62,283 nucleotides of DNA from Vicinamibacteria bacterium (lineage in GTDB: Bacteria; Acidobacteriota; Vicinamibacteria; Vicinamibacterales; JAMQPK01), in assembly GCA_031371345.1 (NCBI GenBank), contig JANMJM010000070.1, positions 1 through 62,283 on the forward strand, read 5' to 3'. The number at the start of each line of letters is the position of its first letter. Position 1 is the stretch's first letter. This document shows positions 17,947-28,454 of the stretch, in pieces. The notes beneath the pieces are model-generated. The model worked only from the letters and a program-made list of their open reading frames with translations, did not search any database and was not told the origin of the DNA. Position numbers and translations under genes: made by a program.

Positions 17947-18927
17947 ATGCCCCAACCGCTGCGCATCGCATTTTTGGGCTGCGGTTATATTACGAGCGTC
18001 CACAGCCGGCACCTCCGGACACTCAAATCCGACATTGTCTGTAGCTACGCCAGCCGCGACGCCGCCAAGGCGGACACGTATTGCCGTCGTTTTCAAGGAG
18101 TTGGGACCTATTCGGACTATTCGGCCGCCATTGCCGACCCCCGGATCGATGCCGTCGTGGTCGCCGTTCCGCCCCGTTTTCACCTGGACCTGACGCTCCA
18201 GGCGTTGAGTGCGGGCAAGCATGTTTTGGTCGAAAAACCGGCCTTCCCGACGCTTCAGGGGTACCGGACGGTGCGGCAGGCGCGCGACGCGGCCGGGCTC
18301 GTCGTGCTCGTCGGCGAGAATGATCATTACAAGCCGCTGGCGATCACCTTGCGAAAACTGCTGGCCGGCGGCGTTATCGGCGACCTGGTGTTTGCCCACT
18401 TCACAACCATCGCAAAAAAGTTCAAGCCGGCCGGCGACTGGCGCAACGATCCGGAGATGGCCGGAGGCGATGCGTTTTTCGAGGAAGGCATCCATTGGTT
18501 GCATCTCGCGAACAGCCTCGGGCCGACGATTACCAACATTCAGGGCTACCAACCACGGTCGCCGCAAACGGGGACGATCACCGACGATACGCGTCTGAAG
18601 AGCATGATGGTCGCCTTTCAGTACGACAACTCTGCCGCCGGAGCGCTTTACTACTCGCGTGAAATTCCGTCACTGCTGCGCGGCCTGCGGCTCTCGAAGT
18701 TGTTTGGCCGCGACGGCATCATCACGTTCGAGTCGAACGGCAGCTTCGTGTTTGCCCGGGGGAAAGGGCTGCCGCGGTTCATCCTTCCGGGCTTCGGCGA
18801 CATTCGCGGCTATAAAGCCATGTACAAAGACTTTGTCGGATCGATTCGCAACGGCCGCGCACCGGAGATGAGCCTCGAACGGGCGATGGATGATCAGGTG
18901 CTGATGGAACGTGTTTATTCCACCTGA
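17947..18927 (+). CDS. Gfo/Idh/MocA-family NAD(P)-dependent oxidoreductase
   Basis: Rossmann N-terminus LRIAFLGCGYITSVHSRHL and EKP motif HVLVEKPAF. Confidence 0.85.
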   Translation: MPQPLRIAFLGCGYITSVHSRHLRTLKSDIVCSYASRDAAKADTYCRRFQGVGTYSDYSAAIADPRIDAVVVAVPPRFHLDLTLQALSAGKHVLVEKPAFPTLQGYRTVRQARDAAGLVVLVGENDHYKPLAITLRKLLAGGVIGDLVFAHFTTIAKKFKPAGDWRNDPEMAGGDAFFEEGIHWLHLANSLGPTITNIQGYQPRSPQTGTITDDTRLKSMMVAFQYDNSAAGALYYSREIPSLLRGLRLSKLFGRDGIITFESNGSFVFARGKGLPRFILPGFGDIRGYKAMYKDFVGSIRNGRAPEMSLERAMDDQVLMERVYST

Positions 18928-20420
18928 TGCCGAACGAACGCTACGACATCATCATTATTGGAACCGGCGCCGGCGGCGGAACCATCGCCTACGCGCTCGC
19001 CGACAGCTCGGCGCGCATCCTCATTCTGGAGCGTGGCGATTTCGTGCCGCAGGAAGAAGCGAACTGGGACCCCGAGGCCGTCTGGAAACATCTGCGCTAT
19101 CAGACGACTGAACGGTGGCTCGACGATCGCGGTGCGGCATTTCGTCCGTACACCCACTACAACATCGGCGGCAACACGAAGTTCTGGGGCAGCGTGCTGT
19201 TTCGGCTGCGGCGCGAAGATTTCCAGGCGCTCGAGCACATGGAGGGCATCTCGCCGAAGTGGCCCATTGATTACGAAACGCTGGAACCGTATTACGAGAA
19301 GGCAGAGCGTCTGTACTTCGTTCATGGTCAGCAAGGGGCCGATCCGACAGACCCGCCGCGCGGACCATTCCCGTACGAGCCGATTCCGCACGCAGACGGC
19401 ATGGCGGCCATTGTCGACCAACTGCGCAAGCAAGGACTCCATCCCGCCCCGCTGCCGCTCGGGCTGCGCGACGGCTGCATTCTCTGCAACACGTGCAACT
19501 CGTTTGCATGTAAGGTCCACGCTAAAAGCGACGCCGATGTGTGCTGCGTCAGAAGCACGATGCAGCGCGCGAATGTCACGCTCTGGACCAATGCGCTCGC
19601 GACGCGCCTGCTGACCGATGCGTCGGGGAAACACGTCGCGGCGGTCGAAGTCGAGCGCAACGGTGAAACGGTGCGCGTGGAAGCGCCGTTGGTGATCGTG
19701 TCGTGCGGAGCGGTGAATTCGGCGGCGCTGCTGCTCAGGTCGGCCAATGCCGCCCACCCCAACGGCCTGGCCAATTCATCCGGGTTGGTGGGGCGGCGCT
19801 ACATGGCGCATCTCGCGACGATGATGCAGGGGTTTCATCCATTCAGGAAAAACGACACGGTGTTTCAGAAAACGGTCGCCATCAACGACTATTATTTCTC
19901 CGGGCCGCGCACAAAATACCCGCTTGGCCAGATTCAGTCGCAGGGCCGCACGCATGGCATCATGGCGCAGACGGTGGTGCCATGGATTCCGCTGTGGGCG
20001 TACGACGCATGGGTCGCGCGCGGCGTCGATTGGCTTGCGATGTCGGAAGACTTGCCGACCCCGGAGAATCGCGTGACGATCGATACCGACGGACGCATCC
20101 GTCTTCACTACCGTCCGAACAACCTGAAAGCGCACCACATGCTCGTTGCCGAGATGAGGCGCATTCTCAAGCGTCTCGGATTTTGGCTGGTCGTCGCTCA
20201 CTCGCATGGGAATCGCAACACCACGCACCAATGCGGCACGCTCGTGTTCGGCGACAATCCCCGTGAGTCGGTGCTGGATCCGTATTGCCGCACGCACGAC
20301 ATTGGGAATCTCTTTGTCGTCGACGCCTCGTTCTTTCCCTCGTCGGCGGCGGTCAACCCGGCGCTGACGATCGTGGCGCAGGCGCTGCGCGTCGCCGATC
20401 ACATCAAGGAGACCGCGTGA
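18927..20420 (+). CDS. GMC-family FAD-dependent oxidoreductase
   Basis: YDIIIIGTGAGGGTIAYALA (FAD-binding GxGxxG) and C-terminal LFVVDASFFPSSAAVNPALTIVA. The start overlaps the upstream stop (TGATG). Confidence 0.85.
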   Translation: MPNERYDIIIIGTGAGGGTIAYALADSSARILILERGDFVPQEEANWDPEAVWKHLRYQTTERWLDDRGAAFRPYTHYNIGGNTKFWGSVLFRLRREDFQALEHMEGISPKWPIDYETLEPYYEKAERLYFVHGQQGADPTDPPRGPFPYEPIPHADGMAAIVDQLRKQGLHPAPLPLGLRDGCILCNTCNSFACKVHAKSDADVCCVRSTMQRANVTLWTNALATRLLTDASGKHVAAVEVERNGETVRVEAPLVIVSCGAVNSAALLLRSANAAHPNGLANSSGLVGRRYMAHLATMMQGFHPFRKNDTVFQKTVAINDYYFSGPRTKYPLGQIQSQGRTHGIMAQTVVPWIPLWAYDAWVARGVDWLAMSEDLPTPENRVTIDTDGRIRLHYRPNNLKAHHMLVAEMRRILKRLGFWLVVAHSHGNRNTTHQCGTLVFGDNPRESVLDPYCRTHDIGNLFVVDASFFPSSAAVNPALTIVAQALRVADHIKETA

Positions 20421-20929
20421 AAGCGCGCTCGTTCAGCCACGGCGGCATCACCGTGTCGGACTTCAACAAAGCCGTGAAGTTTTACTGGGAGATCTTCGGC
20501 TGCCCGCTGGTCGGCGTAGCCGATACGCCGCCCGATCGTGTGCGCACATTCTTCGGCGTGACCGGCGATTCACCCCGGTGCAAGATCGGATGGATCCGCG
20601 TGCCCGGCGGCGGAGTGCTCGAGATATTCGAATTTACGCCGCGCCTGCCGCCGACCGCCGTTCCTTGGAACCGCATCGGGCTTACCCACATTTCCTTCAA
20701 CGTCACGAATCTTCAGAAATGGCACGATCAGATGGTGAGCAAAGGCGTTGAGATCGTCAGCACACCCGAGCGTTCGCCTCGCGGGCACTCGTTTTTCTTC
20801 GTGAAGGACTTCGACGGTAATCTCATCGAGTTGATGGATCTCGGCCACATGTATCACGTGCTCAAGTGGCTTGGGCCGCTTGGAGGCTGGTTGTTCCGAC
20901 GCGGTATGTACAAGGAGTACTACAAATGA
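20417..20929 (+). CDS. VOC (glyoxalase/bleomycin-resistance/dioxygenase) family protein
   Basis: The GTG at 20417 overlaps the GMC stop (GTGA). FSHGGITVSDFNKAVKFYWEIFG...THISFNV...FFFVKDFDGNLIEL are paired beta-alpha-beta-beta-beta motifs. Confidence 0.75.
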   Translation: MKARSFSHGGITVSDFNKAVKFYWEIFGCPLVGVADTPPDRVRTFFGVTGDSPRCKIGWIRVPGGGVLEIFEFTPRLPPTAVPWNRIGLTHISFNVTNLQKWHDQMVSKGVEIVSTPERSPRGHSFFFVKDFDGNLIELMDLGHMYHVLKWLGPLGGWLFRRGMYKEYYK

Positions 20930-21309
20930 GAAGCGTGGCGACCATTACCGGGCTGTTGATCGCGCTTGGCGTCGGCTACGTCCTCTACACAAAATCGCTC
21001 ACGAGCGCGGGCGTCACCCAGGCGCCACCGCAGCAGACCATCGACGTCATCGACATCAAGACCAACCTCCAGAACATCGGTCAGGCAGAGCGGATGTATC
21101 TGAATGCGCATGGTGCCTACGGCACGCTCGAACAACTGAATCAAGACGGACCGCCGACGCTGCCCTTAGAAAATCGCGGATACGTGTTCGGCGTCGTGGC
21201 CGATGGGGCGAGATCGTTCACCGCGACGGCCACACCCACCGATTCGAACAAGGCCGGCTGGCCGACGCTGATGATGAACGAAACCATGACCGTCACGGAA
21301 AGCAAGTAG
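20926..21309 (+). CDS. Hypothetical membrane-anchored protein (pilin-like C-terminal pattern)
   Basis: The ATG at 20926 overlaps the VOC stop (ATGA). N-terminal TM segment ATITGLLIALGVGYVLY. NIGQAERMYLNAHGAYGTLEQL...GYVFGVVADGARSFTATATP resembles pilin-fold proteins, but no prepilin cleavage motif is present. Confidence 0.45.
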   Translation: MRSVATITGLLIALGVGYVLYTKSLTSAGVTQAPPQQTIDVIDIKTNLQNIGQAERMYLNAHGAYGTLEQLNQDGPPTLPLENRGYVFGVVADGARSFTATATPTDSNKAGWPTLMMNETMTVTESK

Positions 21310-21310
21310 G

Positions 21311-21859
21311 ATGAAACGTATGCGCAAATTTTCCGTGATGGTCTTACTTGTTCTGATGACGGCGCTCGCCGCGACACCTGTGCTGGCCGATTCGGCGGCC
21401 GGGTTGCGATGGACGGCGCCAGTCGGATGGAAGAGCGAAGCGGCGAGACCGATGCGCGCCGCGACGTACTCTGTGCCGCCAGCAGCGGGCGATCCAGCCG
21501 GTGGCGAAGTGGTGATCAACTTTTTCGGTCCTGGCCAAGGCGGAACCGTCGACGCAAACATTGAGCGCTGGAAGGGCCAGGTGCAAGGGCCAGACGGCAA
21601 ACCGGCGCCGGCGACAGTTGCGAAGCGAGCGGTGCGCGGTATTTCGATGACAACGACCGACGCATCAGGCGCCTACTCCGGCATGGGCGGCCCGATGATG
21701 GCGTCACCGAAAGCTGTGCCTGGATATCGTCTGCTCGGCGCGATCGTTGAAGGACCAGGCGGCAATGTGTTCGTGAAATTCGCCGGCCCGGCGAAAACCG
21801 TGGCGGCGAATCGCGAGAAATTCGAGGGGCTGCTGGCCTCATTCGAACGGGAAAAGTGA
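21311..21859 (+). CDS. Hypothetical secreted protein
   Basis: Signal peptide MKRMRKFSVMVLLVLMTALAATPVLA. It starts 1 nt after the previous stop. Confidence 0.55.
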   Translation: MKRMRKFSVMVLLVLMTALAATPVLADSAAGLRWTAPVGWKSEAARPMRAATYSVPPAAGDPAGGEVVINFFGPGQGGTVDANIERWKGQVQGPDGKPAPATVAKRAVRGISMTTTDASGAYSGMGGPMMASPKAVPGYRLLGAIVEGPGGNVFVKFAGPAKTVAANREKFEGLLASFEREK

Positions 21860-21885
21860 AAAACTGCCTCATGCCCGCCTAGCGC

Positions 21886-23136
21886 ATGCGCGCCCGTTTC
21901 GCCTACTACGGGTGGTTCGTCCTGCTGGCCGCCGCAGCGGCGATGGTCGGCACGCTGCCCAGCCGCACCCAAGGTCTCGGACTCATTACCGAGCCGCTGC
22001 TCGCCGATTTGAAAATCGGACGCGTCGAGTACGCACAACTGAACCTCTGGGCCACGCTTGTCGGAGCGACAGGCGCGATCGGCGTCGGCCGCCTCATCGA
22101 TCGTTTTGGCAGCCGCGCCGTGTTGACGGCCGTGGCGCTGTTACTCGGTACCGTCGTGTGCTGGATGAGCCGCGTGGCCACCTTCACCGAGTTGGCGATC
22201 GCCGTTACTCTGACGCGCGCGCTCGGACAAAGCGCCCTGTCCGTCGTCAGCCTCACCATGGTCGGCCAGTGGTTCGTGCGCCGCATCGACACGGCGATGG
22301 CCATCTACAGCGTCGTCTTAAGCGTGGGATTCATGATCGCGTTCCCCATTGTCGGGTCACTGGTTCAGCAACGGGGATGGCGCCACGCCTGGCTCAGCGT
22401 CGGCGTCGCTATTCTTGCGGGTCTCGTTCCGCTCGGCTGGCTCATCGTCCGGCGAAATCCGGAATCCATCGGCCTGGTTCCCGACGGTTTCGTGACGGTG
22501 GTCGATGGACGATCGACGAAGGACGATCTCCCCGGCTACGAGTTGCGAGCGGCGCTGATGACTCCGGCCTTTTGGGTGTTCGCGATCGGTGCGGCGCTGT
22601 ATGGTCTGGTTGCCTCCGGCATCGGACTGTTCAATGAGTCCATCCTCGTTGAACGCGGATTCGGTCCCAACATCTATTACCAGACGCTGGTTGTGACGGC
22701 GATAACAGGCCTGACCGGTAACTTCCTCGGCGGATGGCTCGCCGCATACGTCCCGCTGAATCGACTGCTGGCGATATCACTCTTTGTCTTAACCGGCGGG
22801 CTCGTGGCGCTTCCTCATGTCAGCACCCATGCGATGGTGATGGCCTGGGCGGCATGCATGGGCCTCGGCGGTGGGCTGGTCATGGTGCTGTTCTTCAGCG
22901 TGTGGCCTCGCGTTTACGGGCGGCGGCACCTGGGCCGCATCCAAGGCGCCGCCCAGGCGCTCACCGTCCTCGCATCGGCGGTGGGGCCGCTGCTACTCGC
23001 GACGTGCGTTGAATGGACGGGAAGCTATCGCGCGGTCTTCTACATTCTTGCGGCGGCCATCGGCATGTTTAGCGTGGCCGCGCTCGTCGTGGCCCTGCCT
23101 GAAGGATTTCAGAACATCAGTCGCGCACCGAACTGA
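21886..23136 (+). CDS. MFS transporter
   Basis: A 416-aa protein with about 12 hydrophobic segments and a GRLIDRFGSR loop motif between TM2 and TM3. Confidence 0.85.
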   Translation: MRARFAYYGWFVLLAAAAAMVGTLPSRTQGLGLITEPLLADLKIGRVEYAQLNLWATLVGATGAIGVGRLIDRFGSRAVLTAVALLLGTVVCWMSRVATFTELAIAVTLTRALGQSALSVVSLTMVGQWFVRRIDTAMAIYSVVLSVGFMIAFPIVGSLVQQRGWRHAWLSVGVAILAGLVPLGWLIVRRNPESIGLVPDGFVTVVDGRSTKDDLPGYELRAALMTPAFWVFAIGAALYGLVASGIGLFNESILVERGFGPNIYYQTLVVTAITGLTGNFLGGWLAAYVPLNRLLAISLFVLTGGLVALPHVSTHAMVMAWAACMGLGGGLVMVLFFSVWPRVYGRRHLGRIQGAAQALTVLASAVGPLLLATCVEWTGSYRAVFYILAAAIGMFSVAALVVALPEGFQNISRAPN

Positions 23137-26100
23137 ATGTGTCTCGGGCTCTGCGCCGACAGAATCCTCCCAAAGGTCGGCGAGCCGTAGAAATTGTCCG
23201 GCAAATCGAAATTCGCGCGGTTCAGCAGATTGAACACTTCGGCGCGCAGCTGCAGGCGAGCGCTCCCTGACAACGGTACCTGCTTCAGCAACGCAAGGTT
23301 GACGTTTTGATAGCCTGGCCCCTCGAGAATGTTCCGCCCTGCGTTGCCGAACGTGCCATACGACGGCATCGAAAACGCCGCGCCATTGAACCACTGGTTT
23401 GGCCCAGGGTTGGTCAACGCCGTGTTACCAGTCACGTTCGGGCGATCGTTCGCCCCGAACCCGAGCGACGAACGGCCCGTGTTGCTGTTGTCGATCTCCG
23501 GAAGCAGCGCCGCGGTGAACGGACGTCCGCTTTGCATTGCCACTATGCCGCTAACGGTGAAGCCAAACGGCACCTCGTATGAAAAGCTCACCGAGAAGCG
23601 ATGGCGGACATCGAAACTCGATCGGCCCCATTCGGCGCCGAGGTTGGCGCTGTCCTGTGGAAAATTTGGATCGCCCGCACTCGTGAAAAATCCGGATGCA
23701 TCGTCCATGGACTTGCCGAGGGTATAGGCGACGAGCATCGTGCAGCCGAAGTCGTAGCGCTGCTGGAAGCGTGTCTGGAAGCTGTCGAATTCCGAACGCG
23801 CACGCGACTCGATGAGCGTAATGTCGGCGTATCGCGGATTGGGCCGGAGATTCAGTTGGGCGGTGCTCGGCCGCGGCTGGTTGATATCGCGCGACGCTAT
23901 CAGGTTGCGGCCCCGCGATCCCACATAGGCCACTTCTGCCACGCGCGTCGCCCCGAGTTGCCGCTGCAGCGTCACGTTGTATTCATGAAGGTACGGCGTC
24001 CGTAAGTCTCGCTGAATACCAAGCGCAGGATTGGGCGTTGGAATAGGAAAGCTGATGGGAAAGGGATCGCTCAGCGTGACGAGGCCGAGCTGCGACGTGA
24101 AATATAACGCGTACGTGTAGTACGGCGCGTTGAAATACAGGCCCTCGCTCGGCGCCAGTGCCGAGTGGTTGTAATACAGCCCATACGCACCGCGCACCAC
24201 CGTCGTGCCTGCTGCGTCGACGGTCCAGGCTGCGCCAAGCCGCGGCGCCCAATTATTGCGATCGGCGTCGTATCCGCCACGCGGAAAACCGTCGGCGCCG
24301 GCAGCCTTCAGAGATCCGGTCTGCGGATCGTAGAGTGTCGCGCGATCCGTGGCGTCGACCGGAGGTGATGTGACGTCGTAGCGCAGGCCGGCAGACAGGG
24401 TGACGTTCGGCCGGACGCGGAAGTTATCCTGAAGAAAGCCGGCGTACGATTCGGTGCGAAGGCGCTGAGGATTGTCGAGATGCGCAGCGGTCGTGAATGT
24501 CGCCAGCCCCGATAACAGCTCCACCAACGGATCGCCGGCGAGCAGTCCGGTGAAACCGAGCGTGCCGCGCGACAACACGTCGCGAAACGCGTCCTGCCTG
24601 ATAAACCGGCCGTCGAATCCCGCTTTGATGAGATGGTTGCCGCGAGTCCACGTGAGCGTGTCGGCGATCTGAATCACGTTCGTCGTGCCGCTCTGCGGAT
24701 TGTTGTACTCGTGTCCCAGAGGCGAGAACCCCGAGACGGTGATGAGGCTCAATCCGACATCGCGCGGATTGGTCGACAACTCGGGAAGGCCCACACTGCG
24801 ATTTGTCGCTCCCCCGCGCTCGGGAAAGACGTCCGCCGACACGCGGTTGAACGCGGCTCTCGTTTCGTTCAACAGGGTCGGCGAGGCCACATGCATCGCG
24901 CTGCCGCCGGCATTCTGACCGCGACGCGCGACGTCGTTCCCATATCCAGGGACGAGGGAAAACGACGGCCCGCTGAATGGCTCGAACAGACGTCGGTCGG
25001 CGAAGCTATATCGAACGGCGACATCCAGCGAGTGGCCGAATGCGGTGTCGCTGCGAACATCGAAGTGATCGGTGTCATCGCGCTGTGTCGGCGACGACAC
25101 ATAGTTTCCACTCGTGCCGGGGCGATTCGGACTTGGATAGAGCGCAGCAATGGCGCGCCCGACTGGATGCGTCAGAAATGCCGGGAGAGATGCGCGCGCA
25201 GCATCGGTCGGTACGGTCGTCACGCGAGTGACGCCCTCGTCGGCTCGCGTCCCTTCGTAGTCGGTAAAGAAGAACATCCGATCGCGCACGACCGGGCCGC
25301 CTAGCGAAAATCCAAATTGGTTGCGTTGATACTCGGGGGCAGGCTCATTCTTTGGAGCAAAATAGTTCCGCGCATCCAGCGCGCCGTTGCGGAAGAAGTT
25401 GTAAGCCGTGCCGCCGATGTGATTCGTTCCCGACTTGAGGACGACGCTCACTTGTGAAGCCGCCTGACGTCCGAACGAAGCCTCGGGCGTGCTCGTAAGA
25501 ACTTCGAATTCCTGAATCGCATCGATGGGCGGCCGTACGCCGACTGTATTGAGCTTTGGATCGACGTTGTCCGCGCCGTCAAGGAGGAAGCTGTTGAAAT
25601 CTTCGCGTCCGCCATTGACGCTGAATGCGAAATCGCCGCGTGCCGAACCGGCCGATCCCTGAGCTGCCGGCACGGCGCCCGGCGCCAGCAATGTGAGCTC
25701 GAGAAAATTCCGGCCGTCGAGCGGCATGTCCAGAATCTGCCGGTTGTCGACGATGGTACCCATTGCCGGAGAGCCGCGCCTGAGATCGACGAGCGGCGCG
25801 GTCACCTCGACGCGGTCGGTCAGAGCGCCGATTTCCAGCCGCGCATCCGCCCGCCGTTCCTGATTCACTTCTAACGTCAGCCGCTGCACCAGAGTCTTGT
25901 GACCCGGCGCGGCAATTTCGATGCGCCAGGGTCCCGGGGCGAGCTCCGCCAGCGCAAACGTGCCGGCATCGCCCGTTTCCGTCGTCCGTGTCTCGTTCGT
26001 CGCTTCGTTCACCGCCGTGACGCCGGCGCCAATCATCGCCGCGCCCGAGCGATCCTCGACGCGTCCTCGTATGGCGCTGCGAGGGCTCTGTGCGTGGATT

Positions 26101-26153
26101 ACCGGTGCGAGCCAGAGTGCGAACGCAAACACGATCGCCGTCTTGCGCATCAT
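23109..26153 (-). CDS. TonB-dependent receptor-like outer-membrane protein with carboxypeptidase-regulatory-like domain
   Basis: Signal MMRKTAIVFAFALWLAPVIHAQS and CarboxypepD_reg-like IRGRVEDRSGAAMIGAGVTAVNEATNE...GTFALAELAPGPWRIEIAAPGH. A very long barrel ends in ...QFGARLMF. The preferred start is 26153 (the ORF is open to 26204). Confidence 0.8.
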   Translation of the reverse strand: MMRKTAIVFAFALWLAPVIHAQSPRSAIRGRVEDRSGAAMIGAGVTAVNEATNETRTTETGDAGTFALAELAPGPWRIEIAAPGHKTLVQRLTLEVNQERRADARLEIGALTDRVEVTAPLVDLRRGSPAMGTIVDNRQILDMPLDGRNFLELTLLAPGAVPAAQGSAGSARGDFAFSVNGGREDFNSFLLDGADNVDPKLNTVGVRPPIDAIQEFEVLTSTPEASFGRQAASQVSVVLKSGTNHIGGTAYNFFRNGALDARNYFAPKNEPAPEYQRNQFGFSLGGPVVRDRMFFFTDYEGTRADEGVTRVTTVPTDAARASLPAFLTHPVGRAIAALYPSPNRPGTSGNYVSSPTQRDDTDHFDVRSDTAFGHSLDVAVRYSFADRRLFEPFSGPSFSLVPGYGNDVARRGQNAGGSAMHVASPTLLNETRAAFNRVSADVFPERGGATNRSVGLPELSTNPRDVGLSLITVSGFSPLGHEYNNPQSGTTNVIQIADTLTWTRGNHLIKAGFDGRFIRQDAFRDVLSRGTLGFTGLLAGDPLVELLSGLATFTTAAHLDNPQRLRTESYAGFLQDNFRVRPNVTLSAGLRYDVTSPPVDATDRATLYDPQTGSLKAAGADGFPRGGYDADRNNWAPRLGAAWTVDAAGTTVVRGAYGLYYNHSALAPSEGLYFNAPYYTYALYFTSQLGLVTLSDPFPISFPIPTPNPALGIQRDLRTPYLHEYNVTLQRQLGATRVAEVAYVGSRGRNLIASRDINQPRPSTAQLNLRPNPRYADITLIESRARSEFDSFQTRFQQRYDFGCTMLVAYTLGKSMDDASGFFTSAGDPNFPQDSANLGAEWGRSSFDVRHRFSVSFSYEVPFGFTVSGIVAMQSGRPFTAALLPEIDNSNTGRSSLGFGANDRPNVTGNTALTNPGPNQWFNGAAFSMPSYGTFGNAGRNILEGPGYQNVNLALLKQVPLSGSARLQLRAEVFNLLNRANFDLPDNFYGSPTFGRILSAQSPRHIQFGARLMF

Positions 26154-26230
26154 CGGATTCACCTCGTAAGCAGCCTTTCCGGGTGGGACGTATTCAAGTA
26201 ACATCCCATTCTATTCACAGGGACATTTCC

Positions 26231-28451
26231 ATGCTGAAAAAGCTCCTTCCTGCTCTCGCCCTTTCCCTGTTCGTCGCGGTGCCGTCAGCGGCCCAGGGAC
26301 CTCGACAAAGTCGCGCTCGGAGACTGGCCCGAAGCGAGGGGACCGAATCGCGACGGCACCTCGCTCGAAACCGGTCTTCCCGATTCATGGGATCTGAAAG
26401 GCACTCTGCTGTGGCGGGCGCCGTACGGAGGCCGATCGGCGCCCATCGTCATGGGCAATCGCGTATACGTGCAGAACCCGTCGGGCAGGGGCGCGGCATT
26501 GCAGGAACGCGTGATGGCGCTCGACACCGAATCAGGCAAAGTTGTCTGGGAATACAAGTTCAATATTTTTCAGAGCGACGTGCCGCCTCACCGCGTGGGA
26601 TGGGCGTCGCCGGCGGCCGATCCTGAAACCGGCAATATTTACGCGCTTGGCGTCGGCGCGACGCTCGTCGCTCTGAGCCGTGACGGCAAGCTGCTCTGGG
26701 ACCGATCGATTGGTGAAGAATACGCGGCGTTCACCACTCACGGCGGCAGGACGATGTCTCCGCTCGTCGACGGCGATCTGGTGATTGTCAGCGCGGCGGT
26801 GTCGAATTGGGGCACGCAGGCCGCGCGATCGCATCGCTTCATCGCTCTCAACAAGCGGACGGGCCAGATCGTTTACGTCGCCAATCCCGGCGGCCGCCCG
26901 TACGACACCGCGTACGCGTCCCCAACGATCGCTACCATCAACGGCACCCGGCTTCTCCTCTGCGGGCTCGGAGACGGCGCGGTTCACGCCATCAAACCGC
27001 AGACCGGTGAAAAAGTCTGGAGTTACGTCATCTCCAAGCGGGCCATCAACACCGGCGTCGTGGTGAGCGGCAGTACTGTGATCGTGTCGCACGGCGATGA
27101 GAACCTCGACACCAACCAGATGGGCATGATCGCGGCAATCGACGGATCACAGACCGGCGAGATCAAAACCACGAAGTGGGCGGTCAAGGGCGATCAGTTC
27201 GGTTTCTCCTCGCCGCTTACCGACGGCACTCGCGTTTATCAAATTGAAAATGGATCGCGGCTGAAAGCGTACGACCTCGCGACCGGGCGCGAGCTCTGGA
27301 CGCAGGCCCTCGGCACGGTGCAGAAAGCGCCGCCGGTCCTCGCCGACGGAAAAATTTTCGTCGGTACCGAAAGCGGCAAGTTCTTCATCGTGAGGCCGCA
27401 TGCCGACCGCGCAGAGGTGCTCAGCGAAGTGCAATTGCCTCTCAGCACGAACAGCGTCGGTGGATCTGAAGGCACACCCGAACAGGTGCTTGCGGGCGTC
27501 GCCATTTCTCGGGGCCGGGTGTTTTTCGTCTCGAGCGATGCTGTCTATGCATTTGGCCCAAAGCAGCGAAAGACGTTGACGGGATTCGCCGCCAACGAGC
27601 CGGCTGTCAGCGGTGAGGGCGCACCGGCGTATGTGCAGGTGACGCCAACCGAACTCGTCTTGACACCGGGGCAGACGGTGAAGCTCACTGCGCGTACGTT
27701 CGACAATCGAGGCCGTTTTCTCCGCGAAGAAAAAGCCACGTGGGCGCTCGATGGGTTGAAGGGCACGGTCACAGACGGCGCACTCACTGTGAGCAGCGAT
27801 CCAGGCGAACAAGCCGGCCTTATCAAGGCGAGCGTCGCGGGATTAACCGGCGAAGCGAGAGCTCGTGTCGTTCGGCCGATGCCGTGGAACGAAACGTTCG
27901 AGTCGTTCCCCGACGGCACTGCACCGCCCGGATGGGTGAATACCACGGCCGGCCAATTGACGATCGCCACGCTCGACGGCCAGAAAGTTCTGCAGAAGGC
28001 GCCGATGAACACGATCTTCAAGCGCATTCGCGCGTTCATCGGGCCGGTCGAGTGGTCCAACTACACCTTCGAAGCCGACGTGCGAGCCGCCACGAGGCGG
28101 CGGATGATGGGCGACGTCGGCATCACGGCCCAACGCTACAGCCTGGTACTGTACGGCACGACTCAACGTCTGAAGCTCGAGCCGTGGGAACCGGAAACGG
28201 CACGATCGGTCGCGCTGCCCTTCGCGTGGAAACCCGACACGTGGTACCACTTGAAGCTGCGCGTCGAGACCCTCCCGAACGGGAGCGTGCGCGCGCGCGG
28301 AAAGGCGTGGCCCACTGGAGAGCCGGAGCCGGCGGCGTGGCTCATCGATAAGACCGATCCGATCGGCAACAAGCAAGGTGCGCCGGGGTTTTTCATCGAT
28401 GCCGAGTTTGGGGCGTTTCTCGACAACTTGAAGATTTCACAGAATCAGTAA
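26231..28451 (+). CDS. Secreted PQQ-like beta-propeller protein with C-terminal LamG/DUF1080-like jelly-roll domain; apparent +1 frame disruption near 26296
   Basis: The signal peptide MLKKLLPALALSLFVAVPSAAQ (ATG 26231) is in one frame. The mature part DLDKVALGDWPEARGPNRDGTSLETGLPDSW...MGNRVYV... continues in the frame of the 26451..28451 ORF, which has no ATG/GTG/TTG before 26451. The C-terminus WSNYTFEADVRA...WYHLKLRVE...GFFIDAEFGAFLDNLKI is concanavalin-like. Confidence 0.7.
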
Positions 28452-28454
28452 TTT

